A stretch of DNA of 64,000 nucleotides, taken from positions 7,552,001 through 7,616,000 of the forward strand of contig OY762007.1 of the NCBI GenBank assembly GCA_963665115.1, written 5' to 3'. Shown in pieces: positions 51,947 to 60,472 of the stretch. The translations under genes and the position numbers were made by a program. The stretch comes from an uncultured Rivularia sp. Lineage in GTDB: Bacteria; Cyanobacteriota; Cyanobacteriia; Cyanobacteriales; Nostocaceae. Each line of letters opens with the position of its first letter. The first letter of the stretch is position 1. The notes under the pieces were generated by a model. The model was not told the origin of the DNA. It made no database searches and worked only from the letters and a program-made list of their open reading frames with translations.

Positions 51947-52402
51947 ATGGAATATATAAAAGGTGATTTAATCAAACTTGCGCTGGCGGGAAATTTTGAA
52001 GTTATAGCTCACGGCTGTAACTGTATGTGTCAAATGGGTGCGGGTATTGCTAAAACAATAAAACTAGAATTTCCACAAGCATATAAAGCAGATTGTGCGA
52101 CAAAAAAAGGCGATAAAAGTAAATTAGGAACCTGTACTTTTGCGACTTGTAAAATTGAAAATGGCGTTTGCGATGTAGTTAATGCCTATACACAATATCA
52201 TTGGCGCGGAAAAGGAGTTTTAGTTGATTATGATGAAATTCGTAGCTGTATGCGTTGGTTAAAAGAGAATTACTCAGATAAAAAAATTGGTTTACCAAAA
52301 ATAGGTGCCGGATTAGCAAAAGGAGATTGGAATATTATTGAATCTATTATTGCTGAAGAATTAAAACATGAAAATGTAAAAATAGTTTTATTTGAAAAAT
52401 AA
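51947..52402 (+). CDS. Macrodomain protein (Poa1p/TARG1/DarG-like)
   Basis: KGDL, IAHGCNC...MGAGIA, NAYTQ, PKIGAGLA.GDW. Confidence 0.85.
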   Translation: MEYIKGDLIKLALAGNFEVIAHGCNCMCQMGAGIAKTIKLEFPQAYKADCATKKGDKSKLGTCTFATCKIENGVCDVVNAYTQYHWRGKGVLVDYDEIRSCMRWLKENYSDKKIGLPKIGAGLAKGDWNIIESIIAEELKHENVKIVLFEK

Positions 52403-52423
52403 TTGACTCCCAACTCTTAACTC

Positions 52424-53164
52424 CTAACTCATAACTCTTTTAATCCACTCCAAAGCACTCTCAACATCTTCCACCCATTCTCCTTGTGGAAGCATCGGGC
52501 GTTTCACCATCACCACTTTTATTCCCAACTCTCGCGCAGCAATGATTTTTGCATAAGTTGCATCACCACCACTATTTTTACTGACAACAGTATCAATATT
52601 ATGTTTATCTAATAATTGCTTTTCTAAATCCTTATCAAAAGGTCCCCGTTCGAGTAAAAGTAATCCTTTTGGTAATACAATATCTGATGATGGTTTCTCG
52701 ATCGATCGCATCAAAAACCAAATATTTTCAAGTTGTGAAAAAGCAGTTACTTCTTGCCTACCAATTGTTAAAAATACTCGCTTTGACAAACTGGGTAAAA
52801 TTTCTACTGCTGATTTTATATTTTCCACTTCTATCCACTCATCACCTTGAATAGCTTCCCATTGCTGACGAATTAACATCAATCGCGGTATTCCTAAATT
52901 TTCTGCTGCTATAGCTGCATTCTGGGATATTTTCGCTGCAAAAGGATGTGTAGCATCGATGAGCAAATCAATCTTTTCTGATTCCAAATATTCAATTAAT
53001 CCTGTAACACCACCAAAACCACCGATACGCAAATTTTTGGATGCAGCAGCTTGACTAGTGCGGCCTGCCAAAGATATTTTTACTTCTATACTTGTTAGAT
53101 TAGCAGCCTTTTTTGCTAATTCCGAAGCTTCCTGAGTTCCACCGAGAATTAATATTTTTAACAA
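52424..53164 (-). CDS. cobK: (Cobalt-)precorrin-6A reductase (CobK/CbiJ)
   Basis: ILGGT.EA, GGFGG, DATHPFA, FLTIGR, KNSGG. Confidence 0.92.
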   Translation of the reverse strand: MLKILILGGTQEASELAKKAANLTSIEVKISLAGRTSQAAASKNLRIGGFGGVTGLIEYLESEKIDLLIDATHPFAAKISQNAAIAAENLGIPRLMLIRQQWEAIQGDEWIEVENIKSAVEILPSLSKRVFLTIGRQEVTAFSQLENIWFLMRSIEKPSSDIVLPKGLLLLERGPFDKDLEKQLLDKHNIDTVVSKNSGGDATYAKIIAARELGIKVVMVKRPMLPQGEWVEDVESALEWIKRVMS

Positions 53165-53167
53165 GTT

Positions 53168-53401
53168 CTATCCTAAAGCATCAAAATATCCTTGCATATA
53201 ACAATAACCATATATTTCATTTTTATTTACGGCTGTTTTTTGTAAATAGTTTTTAGCGATATAGTATCCCTTTAGATAAGCATTATACCCAATGCCGTTT
53301 TGACAATCCTTTCTAGTAAAGTTATTAGCATTTTCTTGACAAGATATAAGAAAGCAAGAAAAAGTCAAACAAGTTAAACAGATGAGATATTTATTAAACA
53401 T
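53168..53401 (-). CDS. Small putative lipoprotein
   Basis: Signal peptide with LISC lipobox; GY..GY motifs; 3 nt upstream of cobK. Confidence 0.55.
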   Translation of the reverse strand: MFNKYLICLTCLTFSCFLISCQENANNFTRKDCQNGIGYNAYLKGYYIAKNYLQKTAVNKNEIYGYCYMQGYFDALG

Positions 53402-53537
53402 ATTCTAGAATAATTATTAATGGGTTAAAATTTAATTTCATATTAAAGACTACTTTAAATGAGAAATATCTTACTATAGCAGTTATAAGTTAAATCTCAA
53501 ATTCAAATATTTCAATATATTACAAAATAAAAAACAT

Positions 53538-53568
53538 AAAAAAACCCAGTTGCTTTCACACAACCGGG
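53538..53568 (-). terminator. Rho-independent terminator downstream of hspA
   Basis: Minus strand CCCGGTTG-N8-CAACTGGG followed by a T run. Confidence 0.75.
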
Positions 53569-53612
53569 CAAATTCATTCAACTATCCAGAACACTTTGTT
53601 ACCACGCTTACA

Positions 53613-54065
53613 TTATGCGTTGGTTTGCTCAAGGTTAACTTTTACTACTTTATTCTTTTCTTCTTGAGCTTTAGGTAAATGTAAATTCAAAATACCGTCT
53701 TTATAATCAGCCTTGACATCGGCATTTTGGATGCGGGCTGGTAAAGGAATGACGCGCTCAAACTTACCATAACGGAACTCACTTCTTTTAGTACCGTTTT
53801 CTTCGGTGGTAGTTTCTTCCTTGCGCTCCCCTCGAATAGAAACCGCTTGTTCGGTAACTTGAATATCCAAGTCTTTTGCATTCATACCTGGAACTTCTAA
53901 CTTCAAGTTAACAGCGTCGTCGGTTTCCGATAATTCAGCCGCAGGGACTTTAGAAATAGTACCAAAATCGGAACTCTCTGGAGCAATCATGTCGTCAAAT
54001 AAACGATTGAAGCTTCTTTGTAAAGCGTTCATTTCGTGCCAAGGATTGTAACGAATTAAAGCCAT
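53613..54065 (-). CDS. hspA: Small heat shock protein (Hsp20)
   Basis: MALIRYNPW, EVPG, SEFRYGKF.R.I.LP, YKDGIL.L.LPK. Confidence 0.93.
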   Translation of the reverse strand: MALIRYNPWHEMNALQRSFNRLFDDMIAPESSDFGTISKVPAAELSETDDAVNLKLEVPGMNAKDLDIQVTEQAVSIRGERKEETTTEENGTKRSEFRYGKFERVIPLPARIQNADVKADYKDGILNLHLPKAQEEKNKVVKVNLEQTNA

Positions 54066-54159
54066 GTTGATTAACCTCTATAAAACAAATTAATTTCGAG
54101 TTGTGTGTCTTAGTTGCCTGTCTTGATTACTATATTAATGAAAGTAAAAGGTAGTGTAG

Positions 54160-54260
54160 ATTCGGTTTATATGACAAATTAAATGAAGAAAACCGACCAA
54201 TTTCAAGTAGATAAGATTATGTTCGGTTAACAGTAAAAACTTCAGTACGGTAAACCATAA
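54160..54260. promoter_or_regulatory. Cluster of K-box-like (GTTCGG-type) motifs upstream of hspA
   Basis: ATTCGG 54160, CCGACC 54193, GTTCGG 54221, GTACGG-TAAA-CCATAA 54245. Confidence 0.5.
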
Positions 54261-54264
54261 ACAA

Positions 54265-54294
54265 TGTAGAGACGCGATATATCACGTCTCTACA
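54265..54294. repeat. GTAG-type REP palindrome
   Basis: TGTAGAGACGCGATATATCACGTCTCTACA. Confidence 0.8.
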
Positions 54295-54342
54295 AATGTA
54301 TAAAAATATTTTTAGTGCAATAATTCAACTAACAAACATCGT

Positions 54343-54750
54343 CTAAACAGATGCTACTGGCGTTTTAGCAGTCAACTCCGCATCAGCTTTTTCAAGTTCC
54401 GGTTCAGTTGCCACAATATGCTCTTCTAAAATTGCTAAATTGCGAATATTGGATTTATAAAAAGCATCAAATACGTCACCGAGTAAAGGTACCGTACCAA
54501 CAACAAATTCCAAACCAACATTAAAAATCATCTTCTTGAGGTTATCATTCGATACACCAACGCGAGTTGCCATATAAATAATGTAACCAGAAATTATCGT
54601 ACTGATAATATCTCCAGCACCGGGAACTAAACCGAGAATTGGATCTAAACCAATGCGAAATTTCGTACCGGGAATACCGATGGCAGTATCCATCAGCCGA
54701 CTGAATTTACGAATTCGGTTAAGAGTAGCGAGTTTTTTTGCAGTATCCAT
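54343..54750 (-). CDS. DUF4112 family membrane protein
   Basis: MDTAIGIPGT.FRIGLD.ILGL.PGAGD, G.VP.LGD.FD..YKSN.RN. Confidence 0.85.
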   Translation of the reverse strand: MDTAKKLATLNRIRKFSRLMDTAIGIPGTKFRIGLDPILGLVPGAGDIISTIISGYIIYMATRVGVSNDNLKKMIFNVGLEFVVGTVPLLGDVFDAFYKSNIRNLAILEEHIVATEPELEKADAELTAKTPVASV

Positions 54751-55034
54751 AATTAATATATTTGCATTAATTACTAATCTATGTCTTATATCGTGGGAAA
54801 GAATATGTGAATTAAGAAACTCTATAAAAAGATATGATTTTGGGTGTTGTTGATTCGCAGTATTAATAATAAATTACGCAAAAGCTTATTGGAAGGAGTA
54901 CCTCAGTCGTGAGAAAATTTAGAACACTAGATGAATTTGAAGAAGAGTAACTGCACGCAAGCACCTTAAAAGAGTTGAGCAACAGGAAAAAGAACGACGC
55001 AGACGAGAATTACTTGGAGATTAACTAACCTATT

Positions 55035-55087
55035 AGCCCACGCAGGTGGGCTTCGTTTGTGTAGCCCCACAATTCCATTCTGAGGGC
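55035..55087. repeat. Two-hairpin dispersed repeat
   Basis: AGCCCAC-GCAG-GTGGGCT, TCGTTTGTGTA linker, GCCCCACAAT..TGAGGGC; same layout as 45712-45761. Confidence 0.6.
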
Positions 55088-55183
55088 GATTATTTTTGGG
55101 TAAAGAGCTAATTCAAAAACTACTAAATCTTTCCAAAAATATTTTTTACAAAAACTTCTATAATTACATCGCAAGTAAAATCT

Positions 55184-55795
55184 CTACCAAATACTACTCA
55201 AATCCAACACAAAACCAGATAAAATATCTTCACCACTCAACGTTGAAGGATTATCTAATTCCTCAACCGCAGTATTTGGACGATAAATATAAACTTTACG
55301 TTCTTTTCTATCAATTAACCATCCCAATTTTGCACCGTTATTAATATATTCGACCATCTTGTCTTGCAAAACTTTTAAACTATCGCTTTCCGAACGCAAT
55401 TCAACTACAAATTCAGGAGTTAGAGGAGCGAATTTTTTACGTTTATCTACAGGAATTGCTTCCCAATCTGTTTTTTTAATCCAAGCAGCATCGGGGGAAC
55501 GTACAGCACCGTTGGGTAATGTAAAACCACCACTCGAACCAAAACCTACACCCGTACCGTCTTGCTTTTTCCATATACCTAATTGTCCAATTAATTCAAA
55601 ATTTCGTTGGTCATTTTCTGAATTTGTAGGGGAAGCAATAATAATTTCTCCATTAGCTTTTCTTTCGATGCGGAAATTCTTATTTAGCTGACAAAAATTA
55701 AATAATTGCTCATCCGTCATGCTAATAACGGGATGAAATTTCAACACCATTGGAATAACTTCTGTTGCGATTGGTAATTGTGCAGTCATTTTCAA
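55184..55795 (-). CDS. Uma2 family (DUF820) endonuclease-fold protein
   Basis: GF.LPNGA.RSPDAAW, P.FVVELRS.SD, GWLID. Confidence 0.9.
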   Translation of the reverse strand: MKMTAQLPIATEVIPMVLKFHPVISMTDEQLFNFCQLNKNFRIERKANGEIIIASPTNSENDQRNFELIGQLGIWKKQDGTGVGFGSSGGFTLPNGAVRSPDAAWIKKTDWEAIPVDKRKKFAPLTPEFVVELRSESDSLKVLQDKMVEYINNGAKLGWLIDRKERKVYIYRPNTAVEELDNPSTLSGEDILSGFVLDLSSIW

Positions 55796-55820
55796 CCTCG
55801 CCGATTGTCTTACTTTTATT

Positions 55821-56921
55821 CTAGAATTGCTCCCGACAAATCACCTCCCCTTTTCTGTCAAACAAAATCACTCCAACTTTCATTTCCACATCCGCATACT
55901 TTTTCACATAACCTTCCGCTTTCCGACTTATCTTTTCTGCCAAATTACCAAACACCGCATCCGCTAAACCCGATTCAATCAACTTTTTATGCGCTTCATC
56001 AGCCGTCTTCACCTGCAAAACAGCCCGCACAGTTTCAATATCTCCCCCAACTTCCACCACCGCAGCAGCAATAATTTCCAACTTCGCATCAGCAATATGA
56101 CTCGAAGTATTGAAAATTCCACCTGCTAACTTAATTAACTTTCCCTGATAGCCCAACAACAATACTGATTCAGCTTTATACAATCCCGCTTCCACCAGCA
56201 AAGCTCCTAACCAATTACCTGTAGGAACTATCGCCGATTCCGGAATAGATAATTTTTCCGCCACAGAGTAGCCATTCGCACCTATGCAAAAAACTAAATT
56301 GGGATTACTTTTAACCTTCTCTCGCAAAATACCGCGAAACTCTTCCAAATGCTCCGCAGCGGAAAGCGGCTTAGAAATACCGCTAGTTCCCAACAAAGCC
56401 AAACCTTCCAAAATTCCAAAAGCTTCATTAGAAGTACGTTTTGCTAATTCCCTGCCTTGAGGAAGAATAATTTTGACAGTAGCGATTTTATCTTCAGGTA
56501 TTAAAGGTAATAAATTCGTCTCAAATAAACGACGCGCAAAACTGTAAATCGCAGCTTCCCCCGCAGCAGTTTTCCCCAAACCTTCCCCAGCTTCCAGGTT
56601 CAATATTTGTTCTTGTGTTTCTTCTTTAATTTCTCCTTTTCGCGGCGATAATTTTACCAACGCCCAAATAGGAGTATTTCTAGTTAAATCTAAATTATCA
56701 CCGGGATTGCTCAGGGCGATCGCCAAAGCAGCATTACTATCCAAAACAGCAACTTGCTCTATCGGAATTTCTGCATTTTCATCAAGTAAATCAAGAGAAA
56801 CCGACGATATTTTTTCTGGACTTTTTTCTAAATGACTTTTTAAGTTAATCAAAGCAGCCTTCGCAGCAGCTACCGCGAAGACGGGTAAAGTGTAACCGGG
56901 AAGGGGAGATTGGGGAGACAA
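55821..56921 (-). CDS. cbiD: Cobalt-precorrin-5B C1-methyltransferase
   Basis: GYTLPVFA, PGDNLDLT, G..LA.RTSN.AFGI.EGL.LLGTSG, GKLIKLAGGIF.T; exact start uncertain (TTG). Confidence 0.92.
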   Translation of the reverse strand: MSPQSPLPGYTLPVFAVAAAKAALINLKSHLEKSPEKISSVSLDLLDENAEIPIEQVAVLDSNAALAIALSNPGDNLDLTRNTPIWALVKLSPRKGEIKEETQEQILNLEAGEGLGKTAAGEAAIYSFARRLFETNLLPLIPEDKIATVKIILPQGRELAKRTSNEAFGILEGLALLGTSGISKPLSAAEHLEEFRGILREKVKSNPNLVFCIGANGYSVAEKLSIPESAIVPTGNWLGALLVEAGLYKAESVLLLGYQGKLIKLAGGIFNTSSHIADAKLEIIAAAVVEVGGDIETVRAVLQVKTADEAHKKLIESGLADAVFGNLAEKISRKAEGYVKKYADVEMKVGVILFDRKGEVICREQF

Positions 56922-56945
56922 GGGGATAAAGTTATGAGTTAAGAA

Positions 56946-56982
56946 TTAGGAGTGTAGAGACGTAGCACTGCTACGTCTGTTA
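56946..56982. repeat. REP palindrome embedded in STRR context
   Basis: TTAGGAGTGTAGAGACGTAGCACTGCTACGTCTGTTA, 36/37 identical to 49624-49660. Confidence 0.85.
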
Positions 56983-57053
56983 TTAAGTTAGGAGTTAGGA
57001 ATTATTAGTTTTAAATTTTTCAATGCCCAATGCCCCATGCCCCATTCCCAACT

Positions 57054-57443
57054 TTAAACATTTGGTATTCTTGCTAAAACACCTTTTTTCAATGCTTGCG
57101 GGCGTTCAGACCAAGGCATTTGACCATCTGGTTTCTGATAATATAAACTTGCACATTCTAAGACTGCGGCTGATGTGTCGGAAAGTGCTTCTGAATCACG
57201 ATCTAGATCGCCAAATAAGTATGTCATTTTACCTGGTGCGGTAAAAGCTACCGCGCAAGAATGACTGCAAGCACTCATGCATTCTACAGATTTAACTGTA
57301 AATTCTTCTGATAGCGTCCAATCTTGGTGTTTTTCTTCGAGTTCTTTTAATAGTTTTTCACCACCGCTGGTACCTATACGCTTTCCGTCTTGCCAAGTAC
57401 TAGCACAGCTAGAGCAAACTAAAATTGTGTGTTGATTTGTCAT
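57054..57443 (-). CDS. DUF1636 family putative metal-binding protein
   Basis: VCSSC, VECMSACSHSC, K.TYLFGDL, RP..L..G..ARIP; adjacent to cbiD. Confidence 0.85.
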   Translation of the reverse strand: MTNQHTILVCSSCASTWQDGKRIGTSGGEKLLKELEEKHQDWTLSEEFTVKSVECMSACSHSCAVAFTAPGKMTYLFGDLDRDSEALSDTSAAVLECASLYYQKPDGQMPWSERPQALKKGVLARIPNV

Positions 57444-57587
57444 TTTTATCGTATCTATAAATTTCTATAAAAGCATTCTTCTACCGTGACCTCATAGATT
57501 AACATCATTTGTGCCAACTGCAAGACTTTATCTTTAAAATCCTTAATTGAAAATTTTTATAGATTAATTGAGAATATTGAAAAATAC

Positions 57588-57620
57588 AGAAACCCGTTAT
57601 CTCGAAGATACCGGGTTTCT
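57588..57620. terminator. Hairpin downstream of the site-2 protease gene (terminator or dispersed repeat)
   Basis: AGAAACCCG-TTATCTCGAAGATAC-CGGGTTTCT. Confidence 0.55.
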
Positions 57621-57679
57621 TAACTTCGGGATTTTTACAACTGACAATTGATGCGTGACTTACCTCTAACCTTTAACCT

Positions 57680-58891
57680 CTAACCTTTAACCTCTAAAGT
57701 CGATTTCGCTATCATTCCCAATTGAAATCCAGGTGGATAGCTCCCTTCTTCTTTAACTCTCTTAATATCAGCATCGGCAATGCGTAAATTTAATTTTTGT
57801 CCCAATGAGCGTAAAATATCACCTCTATCTATTAAACCCGCGATTGCCCCTGCTGGTGAAAGCACGGTAAGGCGCTGCAATTTATCCTTTTCTAATTTAG
57901 TAATGACTTCCACTAAACTTGTCGATTCTTCCACGGAGGGAATTTCATTCAAAGGACTTACTATGCTTTGCACGGTTTGAGTTTCCCACAAACTTCTTTC
58001 TATAATTCGCAAATCATCTACACAAACCATTCCTTGATAACGCCCATCTCTATCCGCGAAAAAGACTTGCGGTTGATTGCTTGCTAACAAATATTCATCT
58101 GCAAAACAACGCAAACTTTTATCTGCATCAACGACACGAAATTCCCTAGTCATCGCATCGCTAGCAACCATTTCCAATAAGGTTTCCTGTAACTGACTGA
58201 CGCGCAGATAACTAGTAGCGTTGCGGATACCAAACCAACCCAACAGAGCAATCCACAAACCCGTTATTAATTCACCTGTCTGGTAATCTACTACCAAACC
58301 CAACGCGATCGCAGCATAACCTAAAATTTGTCCCGCTCTAGCTGCTAAACGTACTGCCTTATAACGGTTTCCCGTCGCTTTCCAGAATGCTGCTTTTAAA
58401 ACTTGTCCGCCATCGAGAGGTAAGCCGGGAATTAAATTAAATAACGCTAATACCAAATTAATTCTTGCTAAATCCCCTAACATCGTATGTAGGGCAATGG
58501 TATCGGGTATAGCTGCTGACATCAAACTGAGTAAAACAAACAATCCGATACTTACTAAAGGACCGGCGATCGCCACTTGAAATGCTTGTCCAGGAGTCTT
58601 CGATTCTTCTTCTATAGCAGCGATTCCGCCAAACAAAAATAGAGTAATTGAATTAACTTTAATCCCCTGCTTTTGTGCTACCAAACTATGACCCAATTCA
58701 TGTAAAATTACCGAACCAAACAGCAGCAGTGCCATTATGATTCCAGCACTCCAACCTTGAACGGTTCCCAACTCCTGATAAGATGCTCCAAAATTCAGCG
58801 TAGCTAAACCTAGAATCAAAAACCATAAAGGATCTAAATATAGTGGAATTCCAAATAAGGAGCCTATTCGCCAATTTGAACTTGTTTGCAT
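57680..58891 (-). CDS. Site-2 protease (M50) with CBS domains
   Basis: HELGH, AGP, FNLIPGLPLDGG, C-terminal CBS pair. Confidence 0.92.
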   Translation of the reverse strand: MQTSSNWRIGSLFGIPLYLDPLWFLILGLATLNFGASYQELGTVQGWSAGIIMALLLFGSVILHELGHSLVAQKQGIKVNSITLFLFGGIAAIEEESKTPGQAFQVAIAGPLVSIGLFVLLSLMSAAIPDTIALHTMLGDLARINLVLALFNLIPGLPLDGGQVLKAAFWKATGNRYKAVRLAARAGQILGYAAIALGLVVDYQTGELITGLWIALLGWFGIRNATSYLRVSQLQETLLEMVASDAMTREFRVVDADKSLRCFADEYLLASNQPQVFFADRDGRYQGMVCVDDLRIIERSLWETQTVQSIVSPLNEIPSVEESTSLVEVITKLEKDKLQRLTVLSPAGAIAGLIDRGDILRSLGQKLNLRIADADIKRVKEEGSYPPGFQLGMIAKSTLEVKG

Positions 58892-59084
58892 AAAATTTGT
58901 CCTAAACCAGATTTTCTTAAACTCAGTTCAAAATGCAATTATTTTTAATAAAATTTAATCTTTTACTTAAAACACAAATTACAGAAAATGCTTTTGAACC
59001 ACTCTATCTTCTAGGATAAACAATTAATCAAATGCAATATTGGATTTCTTATTCGGTAAACTTCACTTTTATGGTTCGGTTTAA

Positions 59085-59210
59085 AGAGTTAGGAATTGGG
59101 GATTGGGGATCGGGTATGGGGCATTGGGCATTGGGGATTGGGAATAGTTAGGAGTTAAGAGTCATTTATTCTTCCCCCATCTCCCTATCTCCCCCTCTCC
59201 CAATCCCCTA
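59085..59210. repeat. STRR tracts (TTGGGGA/TTGGGCA and CTCCCCA)
   Basis: Tandem heptamers in inverted arrangement. Confidence 0.8.
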
Positions 59211-59215
59211 AGCTT

Positions 59216-59485
59216 CTACAGGCGACCGATATTAGTCAATCCCAACACAATACCTATACCGATAACGTGACCAAAGCACATAGCGCCAACAAATGCTGGT
59301 GCGCTTAGAGGCAAAGGTCCTGGAAATTTAGGCCCTACTTGGGGATAGCTAATAATCTTGGGAGCTAATAAAACCATTACTAGACAAGAAACGCTAATAA
59401 TGATTCCTACAGCAGGATTCCAACTAGGTGTAGGGGGAACTGTTGGTTGAACTGCAAATAATATTGATGAAATTGATGAAATCAA
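59216..59485 (-). CDS. psaK: Photosystem I subunit PsaK
   Basis: P.T..W.P..GII, GP..P, FGHVIGIGIVLGL.N.G; TTG start after AGGAG. Confidence 0.88.
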   Translation of the reverse strand: MISSISSILFAVQPTVPPTPSWNPAVGIIISVSCLVMVLLAPKIISYPQVGPKFPGPLPLSAPAFVGAMCFGHVIGIGIVLGLTNIGRL

Positions 59486-59626
59486 AACTTTATTCTCCTG
59501 AATGAAGAGACAAATAATCTAAACCATCAAAATTATAAAAATTGCTGAGACAATAATCTAAAGATGTCTTAAGAATTTACAATTTTTTGAAGTTTCGCTA
59601 CAAATATTAATAATTTCAATAATTCT

Positions 59627-60253
59627 ATGCGAGTAAAAATCTGCGGAATCACTCAACCTATTCAGGGTAAAACCATTGCTTCTCTTGGTGCGACAGCATT
59701 AGGGTTTATTTGCGTACCTTCATCACCAAGGTACGTAACTTCAGAGCAAATTAAGGCGGTAATCGAGCAGTTACCGCAACAAACCGATAAAATCGGCGTT
59801 TTTGCCAACTCTAGCAAAGAAGAAATCGCTCAAACTGTTGCGGAAACTGGATTGACAGGCGTACAACTCCACGGAGATGAATCGCTTGAGTTTTGTCAAC
59901 AACTGCGTCAATCTTTACCAAATGTAGAAATCATCAAAGCCTTACGAATCAAGGATGCTGATGATTTTGAAAAAGCAAAAACCTATACGAAATATGTAGA
60001 TACCTTATTACTTGATGCTTATCATCCCCAACAATTGGGAGGTACGGGTAAAACTTTGAATTGGGATACATTGGGGCAATTCAGTCCCGATTGTCCTTGG
60101 TTTTTGGCTGGAGGATTAACCCCCCAAAACGTTTTAGAAGCCCTAAACAAAGTAAACCCCAGCGGCATTGATTTATCAAGCGGAGTTGAAACAGCCCCTG
60201 GGGATAAGGATTTGGGTAAGGTTGGTGAGTTGTTTGAGAAACTGAAGAAGTAA
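59627..60253 (+). CDS. trpF: Phosphoribosylanthranilate isomerase
   Basis: VKICGIT, SPRYV, VQLHGDE, LLDA, GGTG, LAGGL, DLSSGVE..PG.KD. Confidence 0.95.
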   Translation: MRVKICGITQPIQGKTIASLGATALGFICVPSSPRYVTSEQIKAVIEQLPQQTDKIGVFANSSKEEIAQTVAETGLTGVQLHGDESLEFCQQLRQSLPNVEIIKALRIKDADDFEKAKTYTKYVDTLLLDAYHPQQLGGTGKTLNWDTLGQFSPDCPWFLAGGLTPQNVLEALNKVNPSGIDLSSGVETAPGDKDLGKVGELFEKLKK

Positions 60254-60472
60254 GGGATGGGGGATGGGGAGACAAGGGGACAAGGAGACAAGGGGAGACA
60301 AAGGAAATTTAACCTTTAACCTTAATAGCTCCCTACTCCCTACTCCTAACTCCCTACTCCTAACTCCCAACTCCCAACTCCCAACTCCCTACTCCCTACT
60401 CCCTACTCCCAACTCCTAACTCCCTACTCCCAACTCCTAACTCCCTACTCCCTACTCCCTACTCCCTACTCC
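60253..60472. repeat. Long STRR tract (GGAGACAAG, then CTCCCTA/CTCCCAA/CTCCTAA x about 20)
   Basis: Fills the interval between convergent trpF and folE. Confidence 0.92.

Noticed and set aside
57444..57680. Cobalamin riboswitch upstream of DUF1636/cbiD (also checked 49608-49870)
   Set aside because: No recognisable B12-box or conserved riboswitch core; the regions are AT-rich or STRR-filled
60253..60472. CRISPR array (also considered 25790-25885 and 29139-29213)
   Set aside because: Contiguous heptamer tandem repeats without unique spacers; no cas genes
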